This document shows, piece after piece, positions 26,806-35,773 of a stretch of 51,973 nt of DNA. The position numbers and the translations under genes were made by a program. Location: positions 1 to 51,973 of IMG/VR virus record IMGVR_UViG_3300024256_000012; one strand, 5' to 3'. Under the pieces are notes generated by a model. The model was not told where the DNA came from. It was given only the letters and a program-made list of their open reading frames with translations, and searched no databases. Every line of letters begins with the position of its first letter. Position 1 is the stretch's first letter. The stretch comes from a virus (Duplodnaviria; Caudoviricetes).

Positions 26806-27719
26806 CTTATTTCATCCAGAGTTTTAATTCTGATTACATTCTTGCCCATATCACCTTGGTTGTAATCAGTGTCGATCAGATAACACTTTTTGCCAGCTTT
26901 GCTAATGTCATTAGCATAGTGTAGCATATCTTCAACCATAAACTCGATATTGGGGAACTGGCTTATGGCATCTTGATTTTTCTTCTCGCTGAAGATGATA
27001 GCGTCACGGCCATCCTCCCACAGATCATTTTCCCTCAACCAAAATAAAGTATCTGAAAAAATTCGGCTGTATTCTTTTACTGGCCTTGAGGTCAAATACA
27101 CTATCGAATATCCTGCGCTGTGCATGCTTTTGATAAAACTCCACGCACCTGAGCATAGCTCCATTGTACGCTTCTTGCCAGTCTCTCGATACTCGTGTTT
27201 GAGTTTCCTGATTGCTTTCCTTCCTAAGACTTTTTCATATGCTCTGAAGATGTCGTCTGTAAATGTTATCGGCTCCACCTGAGTCTCTTCGTGAATAAAC
27301 TTCATAAAGGAGTAAGGATAGTCAGCCAGCACCCCATCCAGATCACAAGCAATAATCTTTTCCCTATCTCGAAGCTTGAGAAGTTTTTCCTGAACCCAGC
27401 GTTGTTCCACCACAGCACTTTTATCAGCAAAAGCTTCCATAAACTCATCTGGTGCCCAGCCCCAGACCTGCCCTATGACGAGCCAGTATTTGAATATGTC
27501 AATCCACTCTTCTCGAATATTAGAAATGGTGAGCTGCTCCTTACTAGGCCGATGCGCTTTGTAGTTGATTTCTCGAAGCAACTCACCCAATTCTGCCATC
27601 AATTGTAAAACATATTCCTTAGTATATTTCTGTTTGGAATCTGTGTCATAAATCTCATCTGATATATTTGTCTGGAAGTCGGCTTGCCTATCCCAGATTT
27701 GCTGTAGTCTATCGCTCAT
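26802..27719 (-). CDS. Fusion of an all-alpha dimeric dUTPase/dCTPase-like NTP-PPase and a HAD 5'(3')-nucleotidase-like domain
   Basis: N-terminal ELGELLRE...YKAHR...EEWIDIFKY; C-terminal HAD motifs IACDLDGVLAD, YLTSRP, K and MVED. Confidence 0.85.
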   Translation of the reverse strand: MSDRLQQIWDRQADFQTNISDEIYDTDSKQKYTKEYVLQLMAELGELLREINYKAHRPSKEQLTISNIREEWIDIFKYWLVIGQVWGWAPDEFMEAFADKSAVVEQRWVQEKLLKLRDREKIIACDLDGVLADYPYSFMKFIHEETQVEPITFTDDIFRAYEKVLGRKAIRKLKHEYRETGKKRTMELCSGAWSFIKSMHSAGYSIVYLTSRPVKEYSRIFSDTLFWLRENDLWEDGRDAIIFSEKKNQDAISQFPNIEFMVEDMLHYANDISKAGKKCYLIDTDYNQGDMGKNVIRIKTLDEIR

Positions 27720-28651
27720 AGTTTTAATCCTTTCAATCTGCTCATTTCTTGCCAGCTCTGATCGAGTTTGTAACCCTTCTCCCAGTTAGCATATCGACCT
27801 ACCATATACATGCCGCTGTCTCTTAATAACTGTTTGGTGTTATCTAGATCAAGAAGAGTTTTATCAACTGGAAAAACTTTTCCTGGTGTTAGTTTTATTC
27901 CTTGGCTACCAAAGGCAGCAGGATTCATATATTCTCTCGTCATTAGACTACCAGCCAAAGTTGTCCTGTAATGCCCGACTTCTTTGTCATAGTTATAGAT
28001 AATGATCATATTGTTTTTACCAAGAGGAGAATCCAGCAAGCTCTGTCTTATGTAGATCGGCTTTGACCTGAAAGCTTCATATGGCATATTCCTTATCACC
28101 TCAGGAACTATAATTGGCCCACCATAGTCGGCTCGTGTTATAAGTTTTAAGAAGCTGGGCAGAGGCAGTGTGTTAATAATAGTTTTGGCATATATAGTCC
28201 CTTTGTCTGTATCAACTCGCTTGGCGTTGCTGCCCATATTCTGAATATAGATTTTGGTCACTCTTCTATCATAGTCGAAATGCCCAGCTGAAGCTAGCAT
28301 ATGATCAATGTTAAGTTTATAGCCAAATGCCATCTTCTCGTCAATCGAAACTCCAGCGACTTGCTCCCCATAAACCTTCTCTGAATACTGCTCTGTAAAA
28401 TCTTCATCCTGCCGTGGGCCATCGATCATCCACGCCACACTGATAGTCTCGTCAGTCACCAAAGGGTGGAGATGTCGGTGGACATAGAAGGCAGCCGTTG
28501 AGCTATACATTTTGCGGGTGGTACTAAACGAATTTGCCTCCACGTGCCCTATCCTATCGGCTGGAATTTTCATCACGTGTTTTAAGTAGGAGTGAGCCAA
28601 TAATCCCGATGGCCCAGCCCCAATAATTAAGTAATCACAAGTCAATTGCAT
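27716..28651 (-). CDS. FAD-dependent oxidoreductase-like protein
   Basis: Dinucleotide-binding YLIIGAGPSGLLA, IINTLPLP and C-terminal YMVGRYANW, as in UDP-galactopyranose mutase/amine-oxidase-like flavoproteins. Confidence 0.8.
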   Translation of the reverse strand: MQLTCDYLIIGAGPSGLLAHSYLKHVMKIPADRIGHVEANSFSTTRKMYSSTAAFYVHRHLHPLVTDETISVAWMIDGPRQDEDFTEQYSEKVYGEQVAGVSIDEKMAFGYKLNIDHMLASAGHFDYDRRVTKIYIQNMGSNAKRVDTDKGTIYAKTIINTLPLPSFLKLITRADYGGPIIVPEVIRNMPYEAFRSKPIYIRQSLLDSPLGKNNMIIIYNYDKEVGHYRTTLAGSLMTREYMNPAAFGSQGIKLTPGKVFPVDKTLLDLDNTKQLLRDSGMYMVGRYANWEKGYKLDQSWQEMSRLKGLKL

Positions 28652-28671
28652 TTCCTTTTTCCTTTTTCTTT

Positions 28672-31602
28672 TTAGTCAAACATTTCTTGTTCAGTTTCGG
28701 GGTCAACTTGGAAAGCCGAATCATCCACGACAATCTGGCCATTTTTTCTCATATTGAGATACGTTATGAATGCCTCAGTTTTAACATAGAAGGAAGTACC
28801 AACTGTCTTCAAGGCATTATTGTTTCTTAAAACTCGCAGCACATTCTTAACAGCAGACCTTTCCCAGCCTGTTATGTCCACGAGCGAAGATAGATTCAAA
28901 CGATCATCCTCAAGGAGAAGAGGCACGAAGTCATTCTTGATAACCGCATCCACCGCAGATCGGTCTTTCAGTTTTGTTTTACTTAGCTCAACCTCAGACC
29001 ACTCTCCATATCTCATAGAGCTTTTGTTGTAAATCTTTTCCAGCCAGTTATAGAAGAAGTCAACGTGGCCAGTTTTAACAAGGAGGGTTTTGCCGTGGGT
29101 GTTGGTGCTGAAAAACATACCAGCTACAGCAGAAGCACCTCTCATTAGTTTTAATCTTTGATCAGAAGGTTCAACAATTGGTATGCCGTGATAATACTTA
29201 TCACCCATCTGCCTAGCATATTGTAAAACTTTCTTAATTGCTCCAGCCGTAAATTTCACCTCATCAGTTTTACGAGACCAGACCCACATAACAAGATCGT
29301 GACATAAGGCCTGAGTATATTTGAGCACCCTTTCCTCTTTTACTTTCACCCTGTTATAGACTTCTTTGTTCACCTCTTCGCTATGGGCTGTCAGGACAAA
29401 ATCGAATCGCCTGATGTCCTCTAGATTGCCGATCAAATCCCTGACCGCAATACAGCCATAAGGATATTGCATCATGTTCCTACTCGTGTGGCCAATCTTG
29501 CGTGGGTTACCAATCCAAACCTTTCGAGTTTGCGCCATAGTTTTCTCAGTCCTAATCTTAGTCAACTCAGCTATCCCTGATGACCTTACTCCAGAGAACA
29601 AAGCTATGTCTTCAACGCTCATTCCTGATATCTCGTCAATGATTAAAGCTCTGCGGTTATTAAGTGGGATTTTGCCCCAGTTGATATGCCATCGCTTCGC
29701 TGTCTGGCTTAGTCCTCCGATGAGCCCAGCAATGCTAGAGCTTTCACCAGTTACAAATTCTGCAACCCCATAGTGTTTAATCATCGCTTTGGCTAGCTCA
29801 GTTTTGCCACAGCCAGAATCTCCAATGATTAAACTCTCCATCCAACCACGCTCAACCTTCCCTTGAAACTTAACATTCAACGGACTGTGGAGAGTTATAT
29901 CAAATGTCATAGCGATGTCCATCCGATCATAGATGCCACTTATATGTTCGATGTCCTCATGCCTTTCGAGATAAGCCTTCATCATTTCTTCAGCACTACC
30001 ATCGCACTGGAAAATTTCCAAACGCTTTTCCATCTCCTCATTCATATCGAATTGGTCGATTGAATCAACAGTTTCTATGGCATCGAAAAAGAGCTGGGTG
30101 CTCTGCTGTGTTTTCGGGTTAGGAAGGGCAAGCCCTCTTAAAACATAGACTTGGTTGGCCTGTACTCCTAGCCCAGCGTGATACGCTACATTCTGAACAT
30201 ATTCATAATTCGCATCGGTGGTGAAGTCTATCTCTGGGATGAGTCTTAACTCTTCTATGTTTATATATGTTTTTGTATCTATCCTAAATCTGTCGCACCT
30301 ATTCGGGATGCCCAGCTGCTTCTTGATATTCCTAAACAAAGCATCATCTCGAATGTCGATAAGATTTAACAAACTGCCTCTGTCAACCTCCTCCTTCAAA
30401 AATATATCTTTATTGTTATCAGTCACCTGATAGAAGGGACAAAATGGGCATAGGTTCTCGCCACCCTTGGCATCGCATTTACAATTAACTTTATTTGGAA
30501 TTTCATAGGGTGGATAATCCTTGCCTGATACTAGAGCTTTGACTTCAATATTCATCAACGCATTCTTCGCATGGCTGGCGTCAGCAAGAGTGACCTTTTT
30601 ATATTCCTTGTTTCTCTCCTTCTTCCCATACTCCATTGTATCATAATATTCTTTGGCTGCTGTTAAAACTTCTCTGAAGTCCTCTATTGTTTTACCATAT
30701 GTTATTATAAAGTCTGTGAAGTCATCTCCTCCTTTCGGCTCTTCAATAAACTTCCCCAGCTCTGCTATGAATACAATCTCAGCTATCCCTACCAATTGCT
30801 TGGCGACTCGAATTGCTCCAGCTTCTCCAGCCTTATCTACATCATACAATATATAGACTTTTTTGTCCTTGAAATATTTATGAGGCCAGCCCTTGTTAAA
30901 ACTTCCAGCCCCACTCGTAACAGTCACGGCCTTCAGCCCCATCTGGTCGGCCAACATCGCATCCATCTCTCCTTCGACAATCAATATTTTCTTCGACTCT
31001 AGATTGTGAAGAGGAAACAAGCGCATGCGCCCATATTGGTATTCTGAATCATCGGTGTAATTGATTAATTTGAACTTGGGATTCTTCATCAGGAAAGCAT
31101 ATTGGCGTACATTCCTGCACTTGCCTTCGCTGTCGAATATTGGTATGGTGATTCTGTTCCTAAAATATCCAAGCTTGTGCTTCTTGATAGTCGCTAGAGT
31201 GATGCCACGCATCTCCTCCAGCTTGGATATTATCATCTTGTTATCGAGCAAAGCCTTGTGCCAACTTTCCCATATAGAATTGTCAACTGTTCCCTCAAGA
31301 GAATAGTCATCAGCATTAAGCTTTATATCAAGATGTTTACAGAGCCATTGAATGCGTTCTCGTTTCGTTTCCAGCCCCAGCTTTTTCTCAAGGAATGTAT
31401 AGACGTTTCCAGACCCGCATCCCGCATAACAATTGTATTGCCCTGTTTGAGAATTAAAACCAAAACTGGGGTCAGTATCTTCGTGTAAAGGACAATGTCC
31501 AGAAAACTGTCCATCTCCCAACGGCTTAATCTTTTCTACAAAATCTTCATAGAATCTCAGGTAGTCAATCTTCAATTCTATCTGTTCAATAATACTAGGC
31601 AT
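28672..31602 (-). CDS. Primase-helicase: CHC2 zinc finger, TOPRIM (DnaG-type) and MCM-like AAA+ helicase
   Basis: CPLHEDTDPSF..CYAGC; IVEGEMD and YDVDKAG; Cys cluster CKC...CPFC; GDSGCGKT, SSIAGLIGG, IIDE, IGNP and RRFD. Confidence 0.9.
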   Translation of the reverse strand: MPSIIEQIELKIDYLRFYEDFVEKIKPLGDGQFSGHCPLHEDTDPSFGFNSQTGQYNCYAGCGSGNVYTFLEKKLGLETKRERIQWLCKHLDIKLNADDYSLEGTVDNSIWESWHKALLDNKMIISKLEEMRGITLATIKKHKLGYFRNRITIPIFDSEGKCRNVRQYAFLMKNPKFKLINYTDDSEYQYGRMRLFPLHNLESKKILIVEGEMDAMLADQMGLKAVTVTSGAGSFNKGWPHKYFKDKKVYILYDVDKAGEAGAIRVAKQLVGIAEIVFIAELGKFIEEPKGGDDFTDFIITYGKTIEDFREVLTAAKEYYDTMEYGKKERNKEYKKVTLADASHAKNALMNIEVKALVSGKDYPPYEIPNKVNCKCDAKGGENLCPFCPFYQVTDNNKDIFLKEEVDRGSLLNLIDIRDDALFRNIKKQLGIPNRCDRFRIDTKTYINIEELRLIPEIDFTTDANYEYVQNVAYHAGLGVQANQVYVLRGLALPNPKTQQSTQLFFDAIETVDSIDQFDMNEEMEKRLEIFQCDGSAEEMMKAYLERHEDIEHISGIYDRMDIAMTFDITLHSPLNVKFQGKVERGWMESLIIGDSGCGKTELAKAMIKHYGVAEFVTGESSSIAGLIGGLSQTAKRWHINWGKIPLNNRRALIIDEISGMSVEDIALFSGVRSSGIAELTKIRTEKTMAQTRKVWIGNPRKIGHTSRNMMQYPYGCIAVRDLIGNLEDIRRFDFVLTAHSEEVNKEVYNRVKVKEERVLKYTQALCHDLVMWVWSRKTDEVKFTAGAIKKVLQYARQMGDKYYHGIPIVEPSDQRLKLMRGASAVAGMFFSTNTHGKTLLVKTGHVDFFYNWLEKIYNKSSMRYGEWSEVELSKTKLKDRSAVDAVIKNDFVPLLLEDDRLNLSSLVDITGWERSAVKNVLRVLRNNNALKTVGTSFYVKTEAFITYLNMRKNGQIVVDDSAFQVDPETEQEMFD

Positions 31603-31646
31603 ATAACAACTCTATTTCAATTTGAATAATAATTACAAATAAAACT

Positions 31647-31776
31647 CTTAAATAAAAAATTTCGCTATGCCACAACTGCACTTTCTCTCGTGAGCTCCAA
31701 ACTCGAAAACTACGAATGCACGAAGCTTTCTCTATACTACCCTGAGCGAAATTTTTTATTTCGCTGCATAAGTCTA
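31647..31776. repeat. Non-coding element, copy B, with a perfect 17-bp inverted repeat (candidate origin)
   Basis: AAATAAAAAATTTCGCT (31650-31666) pairs with AGCGAAATTTTTTATTT (31745-31761). It shares three blocks with 11379-11509 and sits in an AT-rich gap upstream of the primase-helicase. Confidence 0.8.
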
Positions 31777-31973
31777 TTAAAAACAAGGATTGGACAGTTT
31801 TAGAATCGATGATAAAACTCTTTTTTAAAATCTTACTTTTAAAAAGTTTTAAGATCGGCACGGGATTCCTACTAAATTTCATGTGTAGAAATTTTAGCAG
31901 ATTTTTATTTTTAAGTTTATCACTAATTTCCAGCATCAGCCTGATCACCCTATATTAACTATAATTTAATAAC

Positions 31974-32007
31974 AAAAGGAAGGGCAAACGATGTGCTCAC
32001 CCTTCCC
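31974..32007 (-). terminator. Intrinsic terminator after the SSB-like gene
   Basis: GGAAGGG...CCCTTCC followed by TTTTGTT on the minus strand. Confidence 0.6.
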
Positions 32008-32028
32008 TAGTCCTCCAGTTAATATAGA

Positions 32029-32979
32029 CTATTCAAATGGGCCTTCTTGATCATCGGCTGGCCCAAAGTTCTCATCACGGCCTTCATCGAAGTTGGTTTG
32101 CCATTTGGCACTCGCCAGCATCTTGTAAAGTCCCATGACCTTCTCTCGAATGTCATCTTCAATCGAGCCACTAGGCTGAACCTTAAACACGTGGAAAGTT
32201 CCTTTGTCATTCTTCTCCTTCTGGGTAGTAAGTTCATAAATGTTCTCGAACAAATTACCACTCCCAAAAGTAGCCATAGACGTGAGCTGCTTTCCTGCCT
32301 TGTAACCAGTTTTAAGAAAGCTGATAGCAACCATCTCGTTTCCTTCGGCTCCATCAGGCAATTCATAATACTCTCCATCATCTCCAATAACACCGATAAT
32401 AAGCGATGGGAAAGTCAGGATTGCTGAGCATTCTGGTGGGGTTGATTCTTCACCCCATTGCGAGTATTGACAACGAGCGCAACTGCCGTGATACTTCGCA
32501 CCCTGATCAGGTTGCTTGAAGTTCGAGCTAGCGCATCTCACTCCAGTCTCTCCAGAGTCTCTTTCAGGCCAGAAAATTCTGCGCTTGTTTAGGACCAGAG
32601 GAATGAAGAGAACTCCTTGCCCATAATCGAATTTGGTAACACTGTTAACAATCTCTCCAGCAATAGCAATTCCCTCATCGACTTCTGGTGATAAGGGCTG
32701 CATCAGTTTCGCATATGGAATGATAAGGTCATCTTGATCAACCTCTTCAAGTCCAAGCTTCCCTCCGCCACCTAGAGGCATCTGGGCAACTGCGGCTGGG
32801 CTAGTAGGTGCCAAAGCTGTTTCATTAGCTTCTTGGGGCTGTTCCGCAACTTCTTCGGCTATAACTTCCACAACCTCTTCTTCGACTGGAGCTGGTGGGG
32901 TTGCCTTCGGCTTTGCGACCTTTTTGATTGCTGTTTTCTTTTGAGCGACTTTCTTTGCCATGTTTTGTTCCTTTCTCAA
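32029..32979 (-). CDS. Putative ssDNA-binding/annealing protein (start probably Met 32961)
   Basis: DDLIIPYAKLMQPLSPEV motif, Cys cluster CARCQYSQW...C, YELTTQKEKNDKGTFHVF and an acidic tail ending PFE; located in the replication block. Confidence 0.65.
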   Translation of the reverse strand: MRKEQNMAKKVAQKKTAIKKVAKPKATPPAPVEEEVVEVIAEEVAEQPQEANETALAPTSPAAVAQMPLGGGGKLGLEEVDQDDLIIPYAKLMQPLSPEVDEGIAIAGEIVNSVTKFDYGQGVLFIPLVLNKRRIFWPERDSGETGVRCASSNFKQPDQGAKYHGSCARCQYSQWGEESTPPECSAILTFPSLIIGVIGDDGEYYELPDGAEGNEMVAISFLKTGYKAGKQLTSMATFGSGNLFENIYELTTQKEKNDKGTFHVFKVQPSGSIEDDIREKVMGLYKMLASAKWQTNFDEGRDENFGPADDQEGPFE

Positions 32980-33001
32980 TTAAGAGTTTGGCTGTTGAAT
33001 A

Positions 33002-33484
33002 TTAAGATCGCAGCTTTGCGAGTCTTTCAGATTTGTATTTTGAGTCTATCCTTTGAGCAAGATCAGTGTATGGATTCATCGACATTCCTGCGGGCAACTT
33101 CCCTGTCCTGAGGAAAAATTCCTTCACGGCAGGAGTACCAAAACGATGCTGGAGAAATTCTGGGGAGTCGCTTTTGAATACGAAGTCAAAAAACTTATCC
33201 CAGTCATCAACCTTCCACCCTTCCTTCTCAGTCATTGTTAAGCTACCAAAATCAGTACCAACTTTTTGAAGCTCGTTATTCTCCATAAGAGTTTTAATTT
33301 TGGCTATCAAAGCACCTTGCTTGGCGTTGATCTTTTTCTTTTGCTCTTCGAGAAGTTCTATGTCAACTCGATTGTTGAAAAACTCCTCTGCCAATTTACC
33401 AATAGTGGCAACGGCTGTTTCTTCGGCTTTTGTTAACTCTTCAGTCATGCTCTGTTCTCCTTTTTCATTTAACATTTCCTTCAC
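33002..33484 (-). CDS. Coiled-coil replication/recombination accessory protein (Gp157/Gam-like)
   Basis: Long N-terminal helix, then VGTDFGSLT...KVDDWDKFFDFV...FLQHR. Confidence 0.55.
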   Translation of the reverse strand: MKEMLNEKGEQSMTEELTKAEETAVATIGKLAEEFFNNRVDIELLEEQKKKINAKQGALIAKIKTLMENNELQKVGTDFGSLTMTEKEGWKVDDWDKFFDFVFKSDSPEFLQHRFGTPAVKEFFLRTGKLPAGMSMNPYTDLAQRIDSKYKSERLAKLRS

Positions 33485-33773
33485 GATATTTGCTTTGGTG
33501 ATAATCCCATATCAGCAAATTAACGCAACCAAGCTTCTTCATAATTATCGCTGTACAATAACTCGCTATGACGCTATTGCCCGCAATCAAAAGATAGTCG
33601 GTTGGCTTCATATTCTCCACGGCCATCTCGATGTCTCGCTTCAAGCCATCATCCCTGAAGATATTTGTTTTGCCTTCGGTGATATAAACAATCTCTCCAT
33701 CACCCTCCAAAAACCTAACAGAATCAGATAACTCAACTCTGTTAAAGTTTGTTACAAAGATGCTCCTATTCAT
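33465..33773 (-). CDS. Small alpha/beta hypothetical protein
   Basis: IFVTN...IVYITEG...DYLLIAGN...VNLLIWD...Y pattern. Confidence 0.7.
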   Translation of the reverse strand: MNRSIFVTNFNRVELSDSVRFLEGDGEIVYITEGKTNIFRDDGLKRDIEMAVENMKPTDYLLIAGNSVIASYCTAIIMKKLGCVNLLIWDYHQSKYREGNVK

Positions 33774-33996
33774 TTGCCTTCACCTCATATAACTCTATGG
33801 CATCTTTAATAACTGTTAAAACTTTCGGGTCAGAAAATATAATGCGCAGAACTTGCTTCAATAATCTGCCTTTGGTTTTATCAATAACATTCATAAAGAG
33901 CTTTGAGCCATTCTTTTCATAAGTGGTAACAAGCTCCACCTTGTACCATTTATTTTGGGCTGATATAACTCTAGCTGGCCTCACCTTACTTGACAT
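33766..33996 (-). CDS. Hypothetical protein
   Basis: 76 aa; GAGGAG RBS; overlaps neighbours. Confidence 0.6.
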   Translation of the reverse strand: MSSKVRPARVISAQNKWYKVELVTTYEKNGSKLFMNVIDKTKGRLLKQVLRIIFSDPKVLTVIKDAIELYEVKANE

Positions 33997-35773
33997 TGCT
34001 GTACTCCTCTTTAAAACTCGTCATCAGAGCGTTGATGCCTTTCTTGCCTTCGATAACACCAGCGATAATTTCATCAATAGTTTTCTTTGCTACTAAGATA
34101 TATTCATTCATGGGATTCTTTTGCCCTGATCTGTTAAACCTTTCGACACTCTGAGCATAATCCTCAAAACTGTAATTCATACTGTATCTGTAACTATAAC
34201 TAGCCACAGAGAGATTTAAACCCATCCCAGCAGACTTGGGGTGAGCTATGAACGCTTGAGCATCTCCTTCGATGAATTCACTCAGCGCAATCTCTCTGTT
34301 CGGCTTAGACACTCCACCATAAAACTGCACACACTTGACTCCAGCCTTCTCCAGAGCTTCGGTTATTATGCGAATATCTTCATGGTATACTGCCCACACT
34401 ATAAACTTTGCATTTGGCGGCAAATCCTTTATAGACTCGATGAGGAGTTTTAATTTTGGATTTGGTGTAAAATAAGTTTTGTTTGTACCTTCTGTATTCT
34501 GAATAAAGCCAGATGTGATTTGAGATAGCCGAAGGAGTTTTGTCAATACAATCGAAGCGTCATAAGCTTCTTCATCAATAAGGGTTACCATGTCGGCAGC
34601 CATCTCGTTGTAAGCTCGTTTCTGTTCCTTTGTTAGTTCTAACTCTAGCCACTGGGAAGCAAATGGTGGAAGGTCTTGGGTGTCCTTCTTCTTCCAGCTA
34701 ACAGAATAGACCGACTTGATTTGCTCTAGCCTATTTGCCGTTGCTGGCTTTGGGTTCCACTCGTATTCATTCCAATGGGACTTCTGAAAATATAACTCTC
34801 GAAAGGCATAGAAGGATTCACCCAGCATTCTAGGGTCAAGGAACTTCCACTGAGGGAAAAGCTCCAGCCAAGTGTTAGGAGTCGGGGTGCCAGTAAGGAT
34901 AGATTTGAACTCAGCTACTGTACTGAGTTTTAACATAGCTTTGGTTTGCTTGCTAGTTGGGTTTTTAATCCTTGAGGATTCATCAGCGATTATAAAGTCT
35001 GGATTCAGTTTTAATAACTGAGGCAAGAGTCGCCATGTTTTCTCATAGTTGATTATATAAATTCCATCCATGTCGGCCTGTAAAACTTTCCTAGCATAAT
35101 CGACTGACCGACCTAAAACATTTATGGTAAGTGGGTTGCCCTCTCCTAAGAATAGCCGAATGTCATTTGCCCAGACACGTTCCATAATTGATAATGGGCA
35201 AACAATTAAAACTCTTTTAACATCAGCATTCCAAATCCTATCCCATATCAATCCTATTTGTACTGCAGTTTTACCAGACCCAGGTTCACTAAAGTCTGCA
35301 GAGAGATTTGTTTGGCTCCAAAATGTAAAACTCTGGAGCTGGTGAGTCCAGAAGGGAAGTGCTAACAGATCACGATAATCCTCATCAGGATTGAGCAGAG
35401 CTTCATCCCGAAGTTTTAACAAATCGACATAGCCCTGTCGAAGCTCATCAAGTCCTTCTTTGGTCCCAGCCTCAATCTCCACCTCAGGGAAGACAGCCAC
35501 CACTTCATTAAACACGAGTTTTAATAATGGGAATGTCCAGTGTTTAGTTTTCTTGCTAAAATAGCTGCCTGTAATCGAGACAGCCCTTGTTCGATCTTCA
35601 TAAGGACACCATAGGCAGAGCTTGCCACCCTCTGCCCATAGTGTTGGTTTTGTTAACTTGTTATAATGTCTTAGCAACGATCTTGGCCTCATCAGAGATG
35701 TACTCATCGACACTCTTGCCAAACTTGATAAGCCAGTTAATTGTATCAGGCCTAGTATGAGCAAAGGCTTCAA
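33986..35773 (-). CDS. SNF2-family (SF2) helicase/ATPase; start uncertain
   Basis: HQ, EPGSGKT, LIVCPLS, INYE, IIADES, LTGTP, KLLRLSQITSG, SAGMGLNL and QSVERFNRSGQ. Confidence 0.93.
   Translation of the reverse strand: MKPLLILGLIQLTGLSSLARVSMSTSLMRPRSLLRHYNKLTKPTLWAEGGKLCLWCPYEDRTRAVSITGSYFSKKTKHWTFPLLKLVFNEVVAVFPEVEIEAGTKEGLDELRQGYVDLLKLRDEALLNPDEDYRDLLALPFWTHQLQSFTFWSQTNLSADFSEPGSGKTAVQIGLIWDRIWNADVKRVLIVCPLSIMERVWANDIRLFLGEGNPLTINVLGRSVDYARKVLQADMDGIYIINYEKTWRLLPQLLKLNPDFIIADESSRIKNPTSKQTKAMLKLSTVAEFKSILTGTPTPNTWLELFPQWKFLDPRMLGESFYAFRELYFQKSHWNEYEWNPKPATANRLEQIKSVYSVSWKKKDTQDLPPFASQWLELELTKEQKRAYNEMAADMVTLIDEEAYDASIVLTKLLRLSQITSGFIQNTEGTNKTYFTPNPKLKLLIESIKDLPPNAKFIVWAVYHEDIRIITEALEKAGVKCVQFYGGVSKPNREIALSEFIEGDAQAFIAHPKSAGMGLNLSVASYSYRYSMNYSFEDYAQSVERFNRSGQKNPMNEYILVAKKTIDEIIAGVIEGKKGINALMTSFKEEYSNVK

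Noticed and set aside
21947-31602. Inteins or introns in DnaE or the primase-helicase
   Set aside because: Motif spacing is continuous and lengths are ordinary; no intein-like C...HN boundaries or LAGLIDADG motifs were noticed.
31595-31948. 117-aa minus-strand ORF upstream of the primase-helicase
   Set aside because: It spans the AT-rich repeat/inverted-repeat element, has low-complexity K/L/I/F composition and lacks a clear RBS; probably non-coding.
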